Positions 19,980 to 29,358 of a stretch of 64,000 bases of DNA are shown here, piece after piece (within the stretch, counting starts at the first letter, position 1; every line of letters starts with the position of its first letter). The notes beneath the pieces are model-generated. The model did not search any database. It saw only the letters and a list, made by a program, of their open reading frames with translations, and was not told the origin of the DNA. The translations under genes were made by a program, and so were the position numbers. The stretch is from a virus, in the IMG/VR virus record IMGVR_UViG_3300032288_003288; one strand, given 5' to 3'.

Positions 19980-21233
19980 TCATTGACTCAACAGGTTGCC
20001 CTTGATGCATTCCACATACATGCTATGATTAGGGCGATCGCCGAGTTTTATTACGTGTCTTATTGTAGAGACCATATACTTGCCGCTGATAGACTTATCT
20101 TCTTTTGGAAGCTGTGTCTTGGCGGTAGTCTCAGGAAACTTACATTCTATGATGTCTGAAATATCCATAGCACTGTCGCCGTATAGATGCAGTCTTACAG
20201 TATTACTTATGATCTTGACCATGTAAGATTGTAGGATGGCTCGCTTCTCGGCAATAAGAATATCTGAAGGCTTCTCTGTGGTGATAGGCATCAGCATCGT
20301 CTTGGAAGTAGTGCCGCCATATTTCTTAGAGAACGTAGCAGAGTTATAAGTTCCGCCCTTGTCTGCTGTCACCAACTTATCGGCAACTTTGCCGTCGTCA
20401 TGTCTAATTTGTTTGATCTCACCCGTCAATAGATCTTGAGCGTAGACGATGTTGCTCTGTTCGCCTTCTTGAATGGCAGAACCCGCGTCTCTAAATCCCA
20501 CACGATTGTAGGCTATGATGTTTCTGATCGTCACAGCGGTGGCATCGATGTTGTTAGTCTTGTCAAAGAAGAACACTCTGTCTCCAGCGCCAAACTTTTG
20601 ACCAGACTCGAACAGACTCTCGAGAGTCGTGAAGAAAAAGCCACGTTGGTTTTCGAAGAACACGAACGAGGATGAGAGATGGCGAGTGGAGATGGCATTC
20701 CTTCTGGCCTGATCGATGGCTTGTAGAGGCGTCTTACGGGCTACAAGCATCTCATCGATGCCCTTCGTAGGTTCTATCTGTAGTTTCTTTTTTGAATATG
20801 GCGCGATGTGTGTATCATAAACATCTCGCACGGCGCTACTCAACTCGACCTTATACTTCTTGTTGACCAGTTTATTTGCATTAATAAACCACTCTTCGCT
20901 GACACACTTAAGTATGTAGCGCTGACTCTGTTGGGCTTCTTCGATCCTTTGGTTCAAGACAGACTGCAGATACAAGCGATACTTGGCCGTATTAGGTACT
21001 CCTGGAGTTCTATATTCAAGTTCTACGTATTCACCTTGGCAGAGAATAGGAAACCCGCCATACAAGTTGATGGCATCCATGATATCAAACTCAGCAAAGA
21101 TCACAGGCTGATGTAAGCCCAAGAATATGTCTATTCTCATGACCTGTCTACGAATGTCTACTTCGCGACACCCGTCATTACTCTTCAGCTTAAGAGTCTT
21201 GATCTCTATGTCGCCTGCTACTGCGTTTTGCAT
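19980..21233 (-). CDS. Baseplate hub protein (gp27/gpD-like)
   Basis: FVFFENQRGFFFTTLESL and SGKYMVSTIRH motifs; lies between gp53 and gp5. Confidence 0.7.
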   Translation of the reverse strand: MQNAVAGDIEIKTLKLKSNDGCREVDIRRQVMRIDIFLGLHQPVIFAEFDIMDAINLYGGFPILCQGEYVELEYRTPGVPNTAKYRLYLQSVLNQRIEEAQQSQRYILKCVSEEWFINANKLVNKKYKVELSSAVRDVYDTHIAPYSKKKLQIEPTKGIDEMLVARKTPLQAIDQARRNAISTRHLSSSFVFFENQRGFFFTTLESLFESGQKFGAGDRVFFFDKTNNIDATAVTIRNIIAYNRVGFRDAGSAIQEGEQSNIVYAQDLLTGEIKQIRHDDGKVADKLVTADKGGTYNSATFSKKYGGTTSKTMLMPITTEKPSDILIAEKRAILQSYMVKIISNTVRLHLYGDSAMDISDIIECKFPETTAKTQLPKEDKSISGKYMVSTIRHVIKLGDRPNHSMYVECIKGNLLSQ

Positions 21234-22111
21234 TATGTCCTAAACATATTTCTTAGTTGATCTTCGAGTTTCGAAGCGTATCTGACATCGAGAATATTGA
21301 TATTTTTCTTTTCGCGATCTAACTCTAATTCATAATCGTAGTAGTTGACCGCCGACCAATACTTGGCTTCTACGTTTGCAGAGATGTTATTTGCTACCCA
21401 GTGAACAGCAGACTCGCTCTCTTTAATGTCCGCTGTCGAGCCCGACTCGTCTCCCGTCAATGTGTATGTGATAGAAGGTGTGCTATAGTTAAAAGTTCCG
21501 GTCAGGTGCTGCAGTGTCACCACGCTCGTATTCGAGAAAGTACAGAATCCATAGTTGTTTGCATTCACGGCGACCTTTTCACCAGTAGTGAAAGTGCCGT
21601 TGGCGTTCTCTAGTTCTATCTGAACTACTCGATTTGTAGACATGATCAAGTCTTCTTTACGACGATTGTACCCTACGATCTCTCCGAACATGTTTACCTT
21701 ATGAATAAAATACTTCTTCTCTTCTCCAGCTAGAGCTTCGTAGGCGTTTGGATCGATGGTGTTCTCTTCGAACGTATCCCAGTTGGTTCTATAGAAGATG
21801 ATCTTCTTTTGTGCGTTCTCGATAGACCCATACTTTTTTATAATGAAAGGATCGAAGTCTAACTCAGATATTCCTAAATCGAAGTAAGGATCTACGACGT
21901 CGTTGGCAAAGTATAACAGCCACACGTATCCTGAGTCTTCATAGTATCGATGGGCTATGATGTCTGCTCGACCGTCGTTTTCTCTAATGGTATACGGATA
22001 GAACGAGAAGATAGAATTTTTTGTATTCTGATCCAACTTGGCACGTGCCAAGATGTTCTTGACTTGTTGTCCGCCGTAATAGATTGTTGGAAGAGCGTTG
22101 AAGAAGTTCAT
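21233..22111 (-). CDS. gp53: Baseplate wedge subunit gp53
   Basis: RADIIAHRYYEDSGYVWLLYFANDVVDPYFD..KKYGS and YDYELELDREKKNI motifs. Confidence 0.85.
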   Translation of the reverse strand: MNFFNALPTIYYGGQQVKNILARAKLDQNTKNSIFSFYPYTIRENDGRADIIAHRYYEDSGYVWLLYFANDVVDPYFDLGISELDFDPFIIKKYGSIENAQKKIIFYRTNWDTFEENTIDPNAYEALAGEEKKYFIHKVNMFGEIVGYNRRKEDLIMSTNRVVQIELENANGTFTTGEKVAVNANNYGFCTFSNTSVVTLQHLTGTFNYSTPSITYTLTGDESGSTADIKESESAVHWVANNISANVEAKYWSAVNYYDYELELDREKKNINILDVRYASKLEDQLRNMFRT

Positions 22112-22122
22112 TTTCTATCCTA

Positions 22123-23496
22123 TTATGGCGCTGGAGCCGGGGCTGGAGCCGGGGCTGGAGCTGGCGCAGGATTATCTCCTGGAGCTGGCTCTGCACCGGG
22201 TTCTGCTTCGGTCGGTTTATTTAGAGCTTCTTGACCATATGCCTGAATTGCTGCTGTATCGCGATCTTCTTTATATCCTGAACCAAACCAAGTTTCTGCT
22301 GTCTGGAATTCGATTTCTTTCAAAGTCAAACTAACTTGAATATAGACAGGAGAGCTTGCATTGTCACCGAAGAACGCAGGAATTCCGTCAGGAGCATAGT
22401 TGACGTTGACGTTTGATAAGAAGCATCTCTTAATTCTTAAAGGCGTCTTAGATCCCCATCCATATATAGAATGTTTTTCAGAGTCTCCGTCCCATGGAAA
22501 GAAATTAACCATTACCTGAGGAGGATAGTTTAAAAGACCGCTGTCTCCAGAAAAAGTCATAGATGGAAGTGAATAGCCTTTCAGCTTATTCATCATCTTT
22601 CTGATTCTATTTGACTCATCTTCATTTCTGGCATGGAACATAAAGCTAAAGGTAAACTCTCTCATGAGAGGACCTTTGAAAAGAACCGCCGGATTTGGGT
22701 TGGGTGCAACACCCAAAGATTGTTCGAACGCGCTATTCAATGTTTCTTCATCGACACCCAACTCTTCCATACTTTTAGAAGCGGCTTGACCTAAAAATCC
22801 AGAGTTTCCTAATTTAGATGTAAGTGCACCCAAACCTGTCCCAGCTGTAGCTTTAGCAATGCGCATTCCAGCCGCCGCTGCAGAGCCAGCACCCTTACCT
22901 GGATTAGAAACGATGTCGCCGACAGTCTTCATGTCTTTTGTTTCGTAGCTAGCTCCAGTGCTTTCCATTATCTCCGGAGGGAGAGGCAACTTGACATTCC
23001 ATAAATTGGTCGTCTTGGTTTTTTCAAATAGATTTTTTGTGTCGTAAATGTTAAATCTTAGTAACATGTAGTATTTGCTGTCAAAAGGAATAGCACTCTG
23101 AATAGTAGATGCGAGATTGACGTCTAGTCGGGCTCTCTCTATCTTGCCTTGCGGAGTAATTTTTTCGTAGTACATCTGTGAATCTTGCGGAGCGATCTGT
23201 CTATTTGCAGAGACGTCTGCCGCAGACGCGCGCTCAGGACACTTACCAGAGAATCCTGTAAACTCTTCGAAGGCGCTACTGATGACGCTGTCCAGCTTTT
23301 GGCCAGCTATAGAGTCTGTGATACTGAAGCTTAAACCAGACTTGAGAAGAAGCTCTCCTAACCCGCCGAACACCGAGTCGATCTCGTTAATGAATGAGCC
23401 TATGCCTGTGCTGTTGACTAGATCCCCGACAAGACTGTCGACGGCATCTAGAGCAGTATCTTTGACAAAATCTACTGCCTTGTCTAGTAATCCCAT
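22123..23496 (-). CDS. gp48: Baseplate tail-tube cap gp48
   Basis: NPNPAVLFKGPLMREFTFSFMFHARNEDES, CFLSNVNVNYAPDG and LTLKEIE motifs. Confidence 0.8.
   Translation of the reverse strand: MGLLDKAVDFVKDTALDAVDSLVGDLVNSTGIGSFINEIDSVFGGLGELLLKSGLSFSITDSIAGQKLDSVISSAFEEFTGFSGKCPERASAADVSANRQIAPQDSQMYYEKITPQGKIERARLDVNLASTIQSAIPFDSKYYMLLRFNIYDTKNLFEKTKTTNLWNVKLPLPPEIMESTGASYETKDMKTVGDIVSNPGKGAGSAAAAGMRIAKATAGTGLGALTSKLGNSGFLGQAASKSMEELGVDEETLNSAFEQSLGVAPNPNPAVLFKGPLMREFTFSFMFHARNEDESNRIRKMMNKLKGYSLPSMTFSGDSGLLNYPPQVMVNFFPWDGDSEKHSIYGWGSKTPLRIKRCFLSNVNVNYAPDGIPAFFGDNASSPVYIQVSLTLKEIEFQTAETWFGSGYKEDRDTAAIQAYGQEALNKPTEAEPGAEPAPGDNPAPAPAPAPAPAPAP
22126..22200 (-). repeat. Pro-Ala low-complexity repeat at the gp48 C-terminus
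   Basis: Tandem GGGGCTGGAGCC-type units encoding PAPAPAPAPAP. Confidence 0.85.
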
Positions 23497-23506
23497 TAAA
23501 TCTACC

Positions 23507-23535
23507 TATAAATAGAGCGAGCTAATCTATTTATA
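23507..23535. promoter_or_regulatory. Face-to-face pair of late promoters (TATAAATA on + at 23507-23514; on - at 23528-23535)
   Basis: TATAAATAGA-9 nt-TCTATTTATA inverted repeat between the divergent gp48 and gp4 genes. Confidence 0.85.
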
Positions 23536-23544
23536 TCGAAAACT

Positions 23545-23988
23545 ATGGCATATCAGGGAATGTTTAAACCCAGGAACCCCAGCAAATACAAGGGGGATCC
23601 GACGAACATCGTATATCGCTCGTCCTGGGAACTCAGGTTCATGATGTATCTCGATGCGCATGACAACATCTTAGAGTGGGCCAGCGAAGAGTTTTGTGTC
23701 CCATACAGATCTCCTATCGACGGAAAAGTTCATCGATACTTTCCAGACTTCTATGTCAAAAAGAAGAATAAGGAAGGTAAAGTGGACGTCGCTGTCGTTG
23801 AGATCAAACCCGCAGCCCAGTCTAAACCTCCTGAACCTGTGTCTGGCAAGCCTACGAAGAAATATCTGCGAGAAGTCTATACGTGGGGAGTCAACTCGGC
23901 AAAGTGGGAAAGTGCAGATAAATACTGTAAGGATAGGGGATGGAATTTTGTGGTCCTCACAGAGAACGAATTAAGGATTAACTTTTAG
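23545..23988 (+). CDS. gp4: Head completion nuclease gp4 (TnsA-like)
   Basis: KYKGDPTNIVYRSSWE, HRYFPDF, EIKP and NSAKWESA motifs. Confidence 0.93.
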   Translation: MAYQGMFKPRNPSKYKGDPTNIVYRSSWELRFMMYLDAHDNILEWASEEFCVPYRSPIDGKVHRYFPDFYVKKKNKEGKVDVAVVEIKPAAQSKPPEPVSGKPTKKYLREVYTWGVNSAKWESADKYCKDRGWNFVVLTENELRINF

Positions 23989-24584
23989 TGGCACTGATAT
24001 TCGATACGATCATTACGCAAGGCGTCAGAGCTGGGCAGATCCCCGCTCGGACACAATCTGCGCGTAACTGGTATCGTCAGACGGCCAAAAAGATTACCAC
24101 AATCAATGAGCGTCAGCTTATTAAAGGTGACAAAGAAAGGCTAAGAACATCCAATCCAATTCCTGGTGGGATGTACATGTTTTTCTACGATCCAAAACAC
24201 AAAGATACGCTGCCTTACTACGATAGGTTTCCGTTGGTTTTCCCATATGCATCTGCACCGGGTGGATTTATGGGACTCAACCTTCACTATCTGCCAAGAC
24301 CGATGAGAGCACGACTGATGGACGCTCTCTATGACTTCGCCAACAACACTCGCTACGACGAGTCTACCAAGATCAAGCTGAGCTACGATCTTTTGAAAAG
24401 CACTGCCAAGTTAAAGTACTTTGCTCCGTGTGTCAAGCATTACTTGTCAGGTCACGTGAAGTCTAAGTTCATGTACATCTATCCATCAGAATGGGACATC
24501 GCCCTCTTCTTGCCGACTGAACGTTTCGTAAAGAGTCAGTCAGGCACAGTGTGGCAAGACAGCATGGCTGCGATAAGAGGATAA
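23988..24584 (+). CDS. gp2: DNA end protector protein gp2
   Basis: YDPKHKDTLPYYDRFPL, GLNLHYL and LPTERF motifs. Confidence 0.93.
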   Translation: MALIFDTIITQGVRAGQIPARTQSARNWYRQTAKKITTINERQLIKGDKERLRTSNPIPGGMYMFFYDPKHKDTLPYYDRFPLVFPYASAPGGFMGLNLHYLPRPMRARLMDALYDFANNTRYDESTKIKLSYDLLKSTAKLKYFAPCVKHYLSGHVKSKFMYIYPSEWDIALFLPTERFVKSQSGTVWQDSMAAIRG

Positions 24585-24585
24585 A

Positions 24586-25512
24586 ATGGCAAACACCACT
24601 CCAACTATTAATACACCAAATCTATTGACGGCGATAGAGAATCCAGGACAGAGCAATACGACGGTAGCTCCTGCTACTCCTGGATTCGACATCGATGCTT
24701 TTACCACAGACATTAGAACTCGCGGAGTAGTAAGAACTCACAGCTTCTTGGCAATCATCTATCCGCCAGCTATCTTACGCGGTGAGTATAACGACCAATC
24801 TATCAGACGTATGATTATTCGCTGCGACGCTTCTAGCTTACCTTCAGTCAGCTTCATGACTCGTGAATTCTATCGCGCAGGATACGGATCTTCTGAATCC
24901 ATCGCTTATAATACCAACTTCGAGCCTGTCAACTTCTCGTTTCTTGTAGATTCTCAAGCAGAAGTTTACACGTTCTTCTATCGCTGGATGAATTGCATAG
25001 TCAACTTTAACGTCTCTGAGGGGTTTGATTCTGTATCAAACATCGGAGGAAAGAGTCTTAAGGCTTATGAAGTGGGATACAAAGACAACTTTGTGACCAA
25101 GATGGTCATCCTACTATACAACGAAGTGAGAGACAACATCGTAGAAGTGACTTTACACGATGCGTTTCCTATGTCACTGTCAGAAGTCGCTCTGTCATGG
25201 GGACAAACAGACGATCTAATGAAGATAAATGTTCCTATAAAATATAAAGACTTTTCTGTCAAGACTGTGGATCCTGTAGCGCTGGTGCAGAGTCCAGAAA
25301 ACAGCGTGCTGGAACCCGATCCGACAGTTCCTACAGCTCAGCAGTTTAAACCTATTGTGGCTGATGATCTAAGGAATCAAGGTCGAACACGCGTGGCAGC
25401 TCGTACTCCAGTAGAACACTATCTCGCGAGAAACATGATTCGACTGAAACCTGAAGCTTCGCCCGCTCCTCAACCTTCAATCGCGCAAGTATCATTCAAT
25501 CCTAATGCCTAA
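24586..25512 (+). CDS. Tail tube initiator gp54 / gp19-like protein
   Basis: CDASSLP, FFYRWM and LHDAFPMSLSEVALSW tube-fold motifs; synteny between gp2 and gp26. Confidence 0.7.
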   Translation: MANTTPTINTPNLLTAIENPGQSNTTVAPATPGFDIDAFTTDIRTRGVVRTHSFLAIIYPPAILRGEYNDQSIRRMIIRCDASSLPSVSFMTREFYRAGYGSSESIAYNTNFEPVNFSFLVDSQAEVYTFFYRWMNCIVNFNVSEGFDSVSNIGGKSLKAYEVGYKDNFVTKMVILLYNEVRDNIVEVTLHDAFPMSLSEVALSWGQTDDLMKINVPIKYKDFSVKTVDPVALVQSPENSVLEPDPTVPTAQQFKPIVADDLRNQGRTRVAARTPVEHYLARNMIRLKPEASPAPQPSIAQVSFNPNA

Positions 25513-25529
25513 TATAATGGAGATATAAT

Positions 25530-26240
25530 ATGTCACTACCTAAAATTGACAAACCGATCTTTACCATGATGTATCCTTCTCAAAAGAGAGAAATCAAGTT
25601 TAGACCGTTTCTGGTCAAAGAAGAAAAGATTCTGCTGATCGCTCAACAGGGCGGTGTAGATAAAGACATTGTACAAGCCATCAAGCAGATTCTCAAGAAC
25701 TGTGTGCTTGATGAGAAATTCAATGTCGATGATCTGACGACGTTCGACTTAGAATACATGTTCCTTAAACTGCGCTCTAAGTCAGTCAGCAACGTAGTGT
25801 CTCTGTCTTACCAGGATGTAGACGACGAGAAGATCTACGACTTCGACGTCAATCTCGATGAGATCGAACTGACATTCACCGAAGATCATAACAACAAGAT
25901 CGCTATTAACGATGAAGTCGGCATCATCATGAAGTGGCCGTCAGTGAACGTGGTCAACGATACACCTGAAGAAGCTACAGAGATCGACATCACCGATCAT
26001 CTTATTCGCAACTGTATCGATAAGATCTACGATGCAGAGACCGTATACGACGTCAAAGAATACTCTGAAGACGAAATCGTGGACTTCATCGATAACCTCG
26101 ACGTCAATACTTACGAGAAGATAGGCAAGTTTTTCGAGAGTCTGCCGAAGCTGAAGCATACGTTGAAGTATACTAATAGCAACGGCACTGAGAGAGTCAT
26201 CGAGCTACAAGGAATTCGTGATTTTTTTACGTGGGGCTGA
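25530..26240 (+). CDS. gp26: Baseplate hub assembly protein gp26
   Basis: MSLPKI, FRPFLVKEEKILL and FDLEYMFLKLRSKSV motifs; ends LQGIRDFF. Confidence 0.9.
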   Translation: MSLPKIDKPIFTMMYPSQKREIKFRPFLVKEEKILLIAQQGGVDKDIVQAIKQILKNCVLDEKFNVDDLTTFDLEYMFLKLRSKSVSNVVSLSYQDVDDEKIYDFDVNLDEIELTFTEDHNNKIAINDEVGIIMKWPSVNVVNDTPEEATEIDITDHLIRNCIDKIYDAETVYDVKEYSEDEIVDFIDNLDVNTYEKIGKFFESLPKLKHTLKYTNSNGTERVIELQGIRDFFTWG

Positions 26241-26404
26241 ATCATACCTCACTGAATCATTACTTCTCCCTGATGTTCTCTTTGATTCAGCACCATAAAT
26301 ACTCTATTAGTGATATTGAAAATCTGATGCCTTTTGAAAGAGACATCTACGTTGACATGCTGCTTGATTATCTAGAAGAACAAAAGGCAGAGTTTAACAG
26401 ATAA
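26231..26404 (+). CDS. gp51: Baseplate hub assembly catalyst gp51-like (short; may be expressed by -1 frameshift from gp26)
   Basis: Not in the ORF track. -1 frame reads VGLNHTSLNHYFSLMFSLIQHHKYSISDIENLMPFERDIYVDMLLDYLEEQ (HKYS..E..PFER.IY motif). Possible starts are GTG 26231 and ATG 26273. Confidence 0.8.
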   Translation: MGLNHTSLNHYFSLMFSLIQHHKYSISDIENLMPFERDIYVDMLLDYLEEQKAEFNR

Positions 26405-29358
26405 TGGCAAGAGGCCCAAAAGTAAGAGCACCTGGCTCCGGCGGCGGAGGATCACGTGGCGGTCGTCGCGGTGGAGCTGGAGGAAAGAGAAGAGCGAGTG
26501 GTGGCGGCGGAAAGAGTTTGGCCGCGGCAGCAGCTCTGTCTGCACTCTTCGGCGGAGGCGGACTTGCTTCTGGTGTAAAGGGCAAGAAAGGTGGTCCAGG
26601 CGGAGCAGGTGGTCGCGGAGGCGGCGGCGAGGCAGAATACAAGCCTTTACCTTCTTTTAATAAGCCTACGGCTCAAGTCAAACGTTACTCTAATCCTACG
26701 CTGAGCAACATATCCGACCAGATCGGTATGATGGTTCGTGGCCTCGTTATTCAAGAAAAGCTATTAGAGAGACAGAGCCAAGATCTACAATTTGGTTACA
26801 AGGAAATGGCTCGAGCTACGCGTGAAAAGAACGCAGAGTCCGGAGCCATGGCCATCGGAGGATCTGGCGCTTTGCCGATGGATGCCATCAAGAGCATGGC
26901 TGAATCATTCTCGGCCTTTGATCTTGCTTTGAAAGAAGCGACGGCTCTACTCAATGACATCAATGAAAACGGGGGCGGCGCCGGAGGACCTGGAATGCCG
27001 CTTGGTGTTCCAGACAAAGCTCCTAAGACTGCTAGAAAGCCTCCTCATAAATCATATCAATTTGTTCCTAAAGCTCAGGCGCTAGATGCTGACGGAGCAG
27101 TTAAAAAGGGTTTCGAAGCCGTAACAGACAAGAACGGCAGAGTAGTAGGTTATAGAAAGAAGCCTGGATTCATCGAGCGACAGCGTAGACAGATTACACG
27201 TGACGTCAAAGCCTTAAGACAGGCTGGAGTAAAAGCTTTTCGCCAAAAAATTCGTAACCCATTCATGAAGTTTTATCGCACACAAAAGAGGCGATTGACT
27301 AAAGCATTCACTCGTGTAAAAGATGCTGCTATGGCCAAGCTTGGAGAATGGGGACAAGCCGCCAAGAATGCCATGGGAAAAGTCGGCGGGCGGGCTGGAC
27401 AAGTACTAGAGAAGATCCTCAAAGATCCAAGAGTCAGTAAAGTATTAGAAGCTATCAAGAAAGCCGGTGGCAGAGTAAATGCCATGACTCTTGGTCGTGT
27501 CGCGCTCTACGTCTGGGCTTTATGGGAGCCTATCTCGGGAATCTTTAATACTTTTAAAAATAAAGACAAGCTTTCTGACAATGAGTTTAAGCAGCAGATG
27601 TCGCAACACGTCGCAGATCTTATCTCTGAGGCGGGTGTTCTTGTAGCCACCGAAATCGTATCTGCGTTTGTTCTAGCAACAATAGGTTCAGTCGTTCCGG
27701 GTATCGGTACAGTCATTGGTTTCATCTTAGGTCTGATCGTAGGTGGTTTCGCCTACGCTATCATCAGCTTTATCTATGGAAAGACAGCAGAAGAAGCTGT
27801 CGAAGGCGTCATACAAAAACTAGTCGGTCTTATCATCGAAGCTGCCTATAAGATTAGAGGAAACAAACGAGAGTCTGCCAGCAGAACTACTCCGGCTCAG
27901 ACTAGACCGCAGACTAGAGGTGGAGCTGCACAAAATACGCAAAAAATAAGCGGCAGCGGTACAGTTCCTCGCGGAGGTGGAGCTAAATCCAATCTCGGAG
28001 TTATCAAGAACCTAACAGTAGCAGACATCATCAACGACGCTGCGCAAAAGGCAGGGATCGATCCTGTAGCTCTGATGGCAATTGCTAGTGAAAATGCCGG
28101 GTTTGATCCTCGCAAGAAGATGGAAAACGTCACAGGCAAAGAGTTGTTTCCGCTGACTCAAGAACAATGGAAACAAATTACAGGAAAATACGGCTCGGCA
28201 TTTCCTCAGCTTAAAGCTGGTATCAATGATCCTCGTGCGGCATCTATAGCATCAGCGCTTCTTCTCAAAGACGCTCAAGATTTCTTGGCTACAAATAAAT
28301 TGCCTACGACTGCGCCTGCGCTCTATGCATCATGGCTGTTCGGTCAAGACGGTGCTTATAAGTTACTTACATCAAAACCTGACGACGTGGCATCGAAGCT
28401 TCTTCCTGAAGCCGCAGGAAGAAGGCCAGAACTATTTAAAAACTCTGCTGGTCAAGACGTAACATCTCAAGAATTAGTCAAAGCTTTGTATGACACCACC
28501 GTCAGAACAAAGAAAGAAGCAGGCGGCAAAAAGAGTAAGCGAGCTCCCGGTGAAACTAACGGAGGTTCATCTTCAAGCCCAAGCGGCGGAGGAAATACTT
28601 CGCCCGAGGGGGCAACACCTGCTGCTTCTCCTGCCGCTGCCACTCCGGCACCGGCAGCTAGTTCATCTTCTCCAGGCGCAAGCTCCACTGGCGGAGAAAC
28701 TGCTTCTCCAGCCGCTGCAGCTGCTCCTGCTGCGAGTACTGGCGGAAATGCTTCCGCAACTCCTACAGCCTCTTCTCCCTCTGCAGTTCCGGCAGCTGGA
28801 ACTCCTCCAACACCAGGCGCTACAACTACACCTGGAGGAATGGCTAAAGTAGAATTGCCGGGCGATAAAGCTCCAACGCCCGGTGCTCCAAGTGCAACTT
28901 CTCCAGGAGCAGTTCCTGCAGGAGGATCTTCTCCGACTCCTGGTTCAGAAATAAACAAGGCGGCAAAAGCTGAGACAGAAGGTGCTCCAGCAGCTCCAGT
29001 CGATCCTAAAAAAATCAAGGAAATAGAAGAAAAGGGCCAGAAAGAAGCAGCTCTTAACGGTGCTCCGGCCGCGGCAATTCCTACACCTGGAGTTCCTCCT
29101 GCAAAAGATATGGCGGCTAAAGTCTCTGCTGCGTCTAAAGAAATTGAAAAAGAATTAAACACTCCGACGTCTCAGGTCAACAGTGAGCCTAACACAGAAG
29201 CTAGCTCGCGTAAGCCGGCGATACTTCCATCAGGCTCTGCAGGTAGAGCCGGCACTGGTCTCGTTCTTTCTCCATACTATAATCCTGGCGATATCTCCAA
29301 GTCCATATACTTTTCACCCATTACATATCCAGCTGACGCTGCTGGTTCGAGGTCATAA
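26404..29358 (+). CDS. Tape-measure-like protein with hydrophobic helices and a degenerate SLT-like domain
   Basis: Gly/Ala/Pro-rich; hydrophobic GSVVPGIGTVIGFILGLIVGG segment; SLT-like IDPVALMAIASENAGFDP region. Confidence 0.65.
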   Translation: MARGPKVRAPGSGGGGSRGGRRGGAGGKRRASGGGGKSLAAAAALSALFGGGGLASGVKGKKGGPGGAGGRGGGGEAEYKPLPSFNKPTAQVKRYSNPTLSNISDQIGMMVRGLVIQEKLLERQSQDLQFGYKEMARATREKNAESGAMAIGGSGALPMDAIKSMAESFSAFDLALKEATALLNDINENGGGAGGPGMPLGVPDKAPKTARKPPHKSYQFVPKAQALDADGAVKKGFEAVTDKNGRVVGYRKKPGFIERQRRQITRDVKALRQAGVKAFRQKIRNPFMKFYRTQKRRLTKAFTRVKDAAMAKLGEWGQAAKNAMGKVGGRAGQVLEKILKDPRVSKVLEAIKKAGGRVNAMTLGRVALYVWALWEPISGIFNTFKNKDKLSDNEFKQQMSQHVADLISEAGVLVATEIVSAFVLATIGSVVPGIGTVIGFILGLIVGGFAYAIISFIYGKTAEEAVEGVIQKLVGLIIEAAYKIRGNKRESASRTTPAQTRPQTRGGAAQNTQKISGSGTVPRGGGAKSNLGVIKNLTVADIINDAAQKAGIDPVALMAIASENAGFDPRKKMENVTGKELFPLTQEQWKQITGKYGSAFPQLKAGINDPRAASIASALLLKDAQDFLATNKLPTTAPALYASWLFGQDGAYKLLTSKPDDVASKLLPEAAGRRPELFKNSAGQDVTSQELVKALYDTTVRTKKEAGGKKSKRAPGETNGGSSSSPSGGGNTSPEGATPAASPAAATPAPAASSSSPGASSTGGETASPAAAAAPAASTGGNASATPTASSPSAVPAAGTPPTPGATTTPGGMAKVELPGDKAPTPGAPSATSPGAVPAGGSSPTPGSEINKAAKAETEGAPAAPVDPKKIKEIEEKGQKEAALNGAPAAAIPTPGVPPAKDMAAKVSAASKEIEKELNTPTSQVNSEPNTEASSRKPAILPSGSAGRAGTGLVLSPYYNPGDISKSIYFSPITYPADAAGSRS

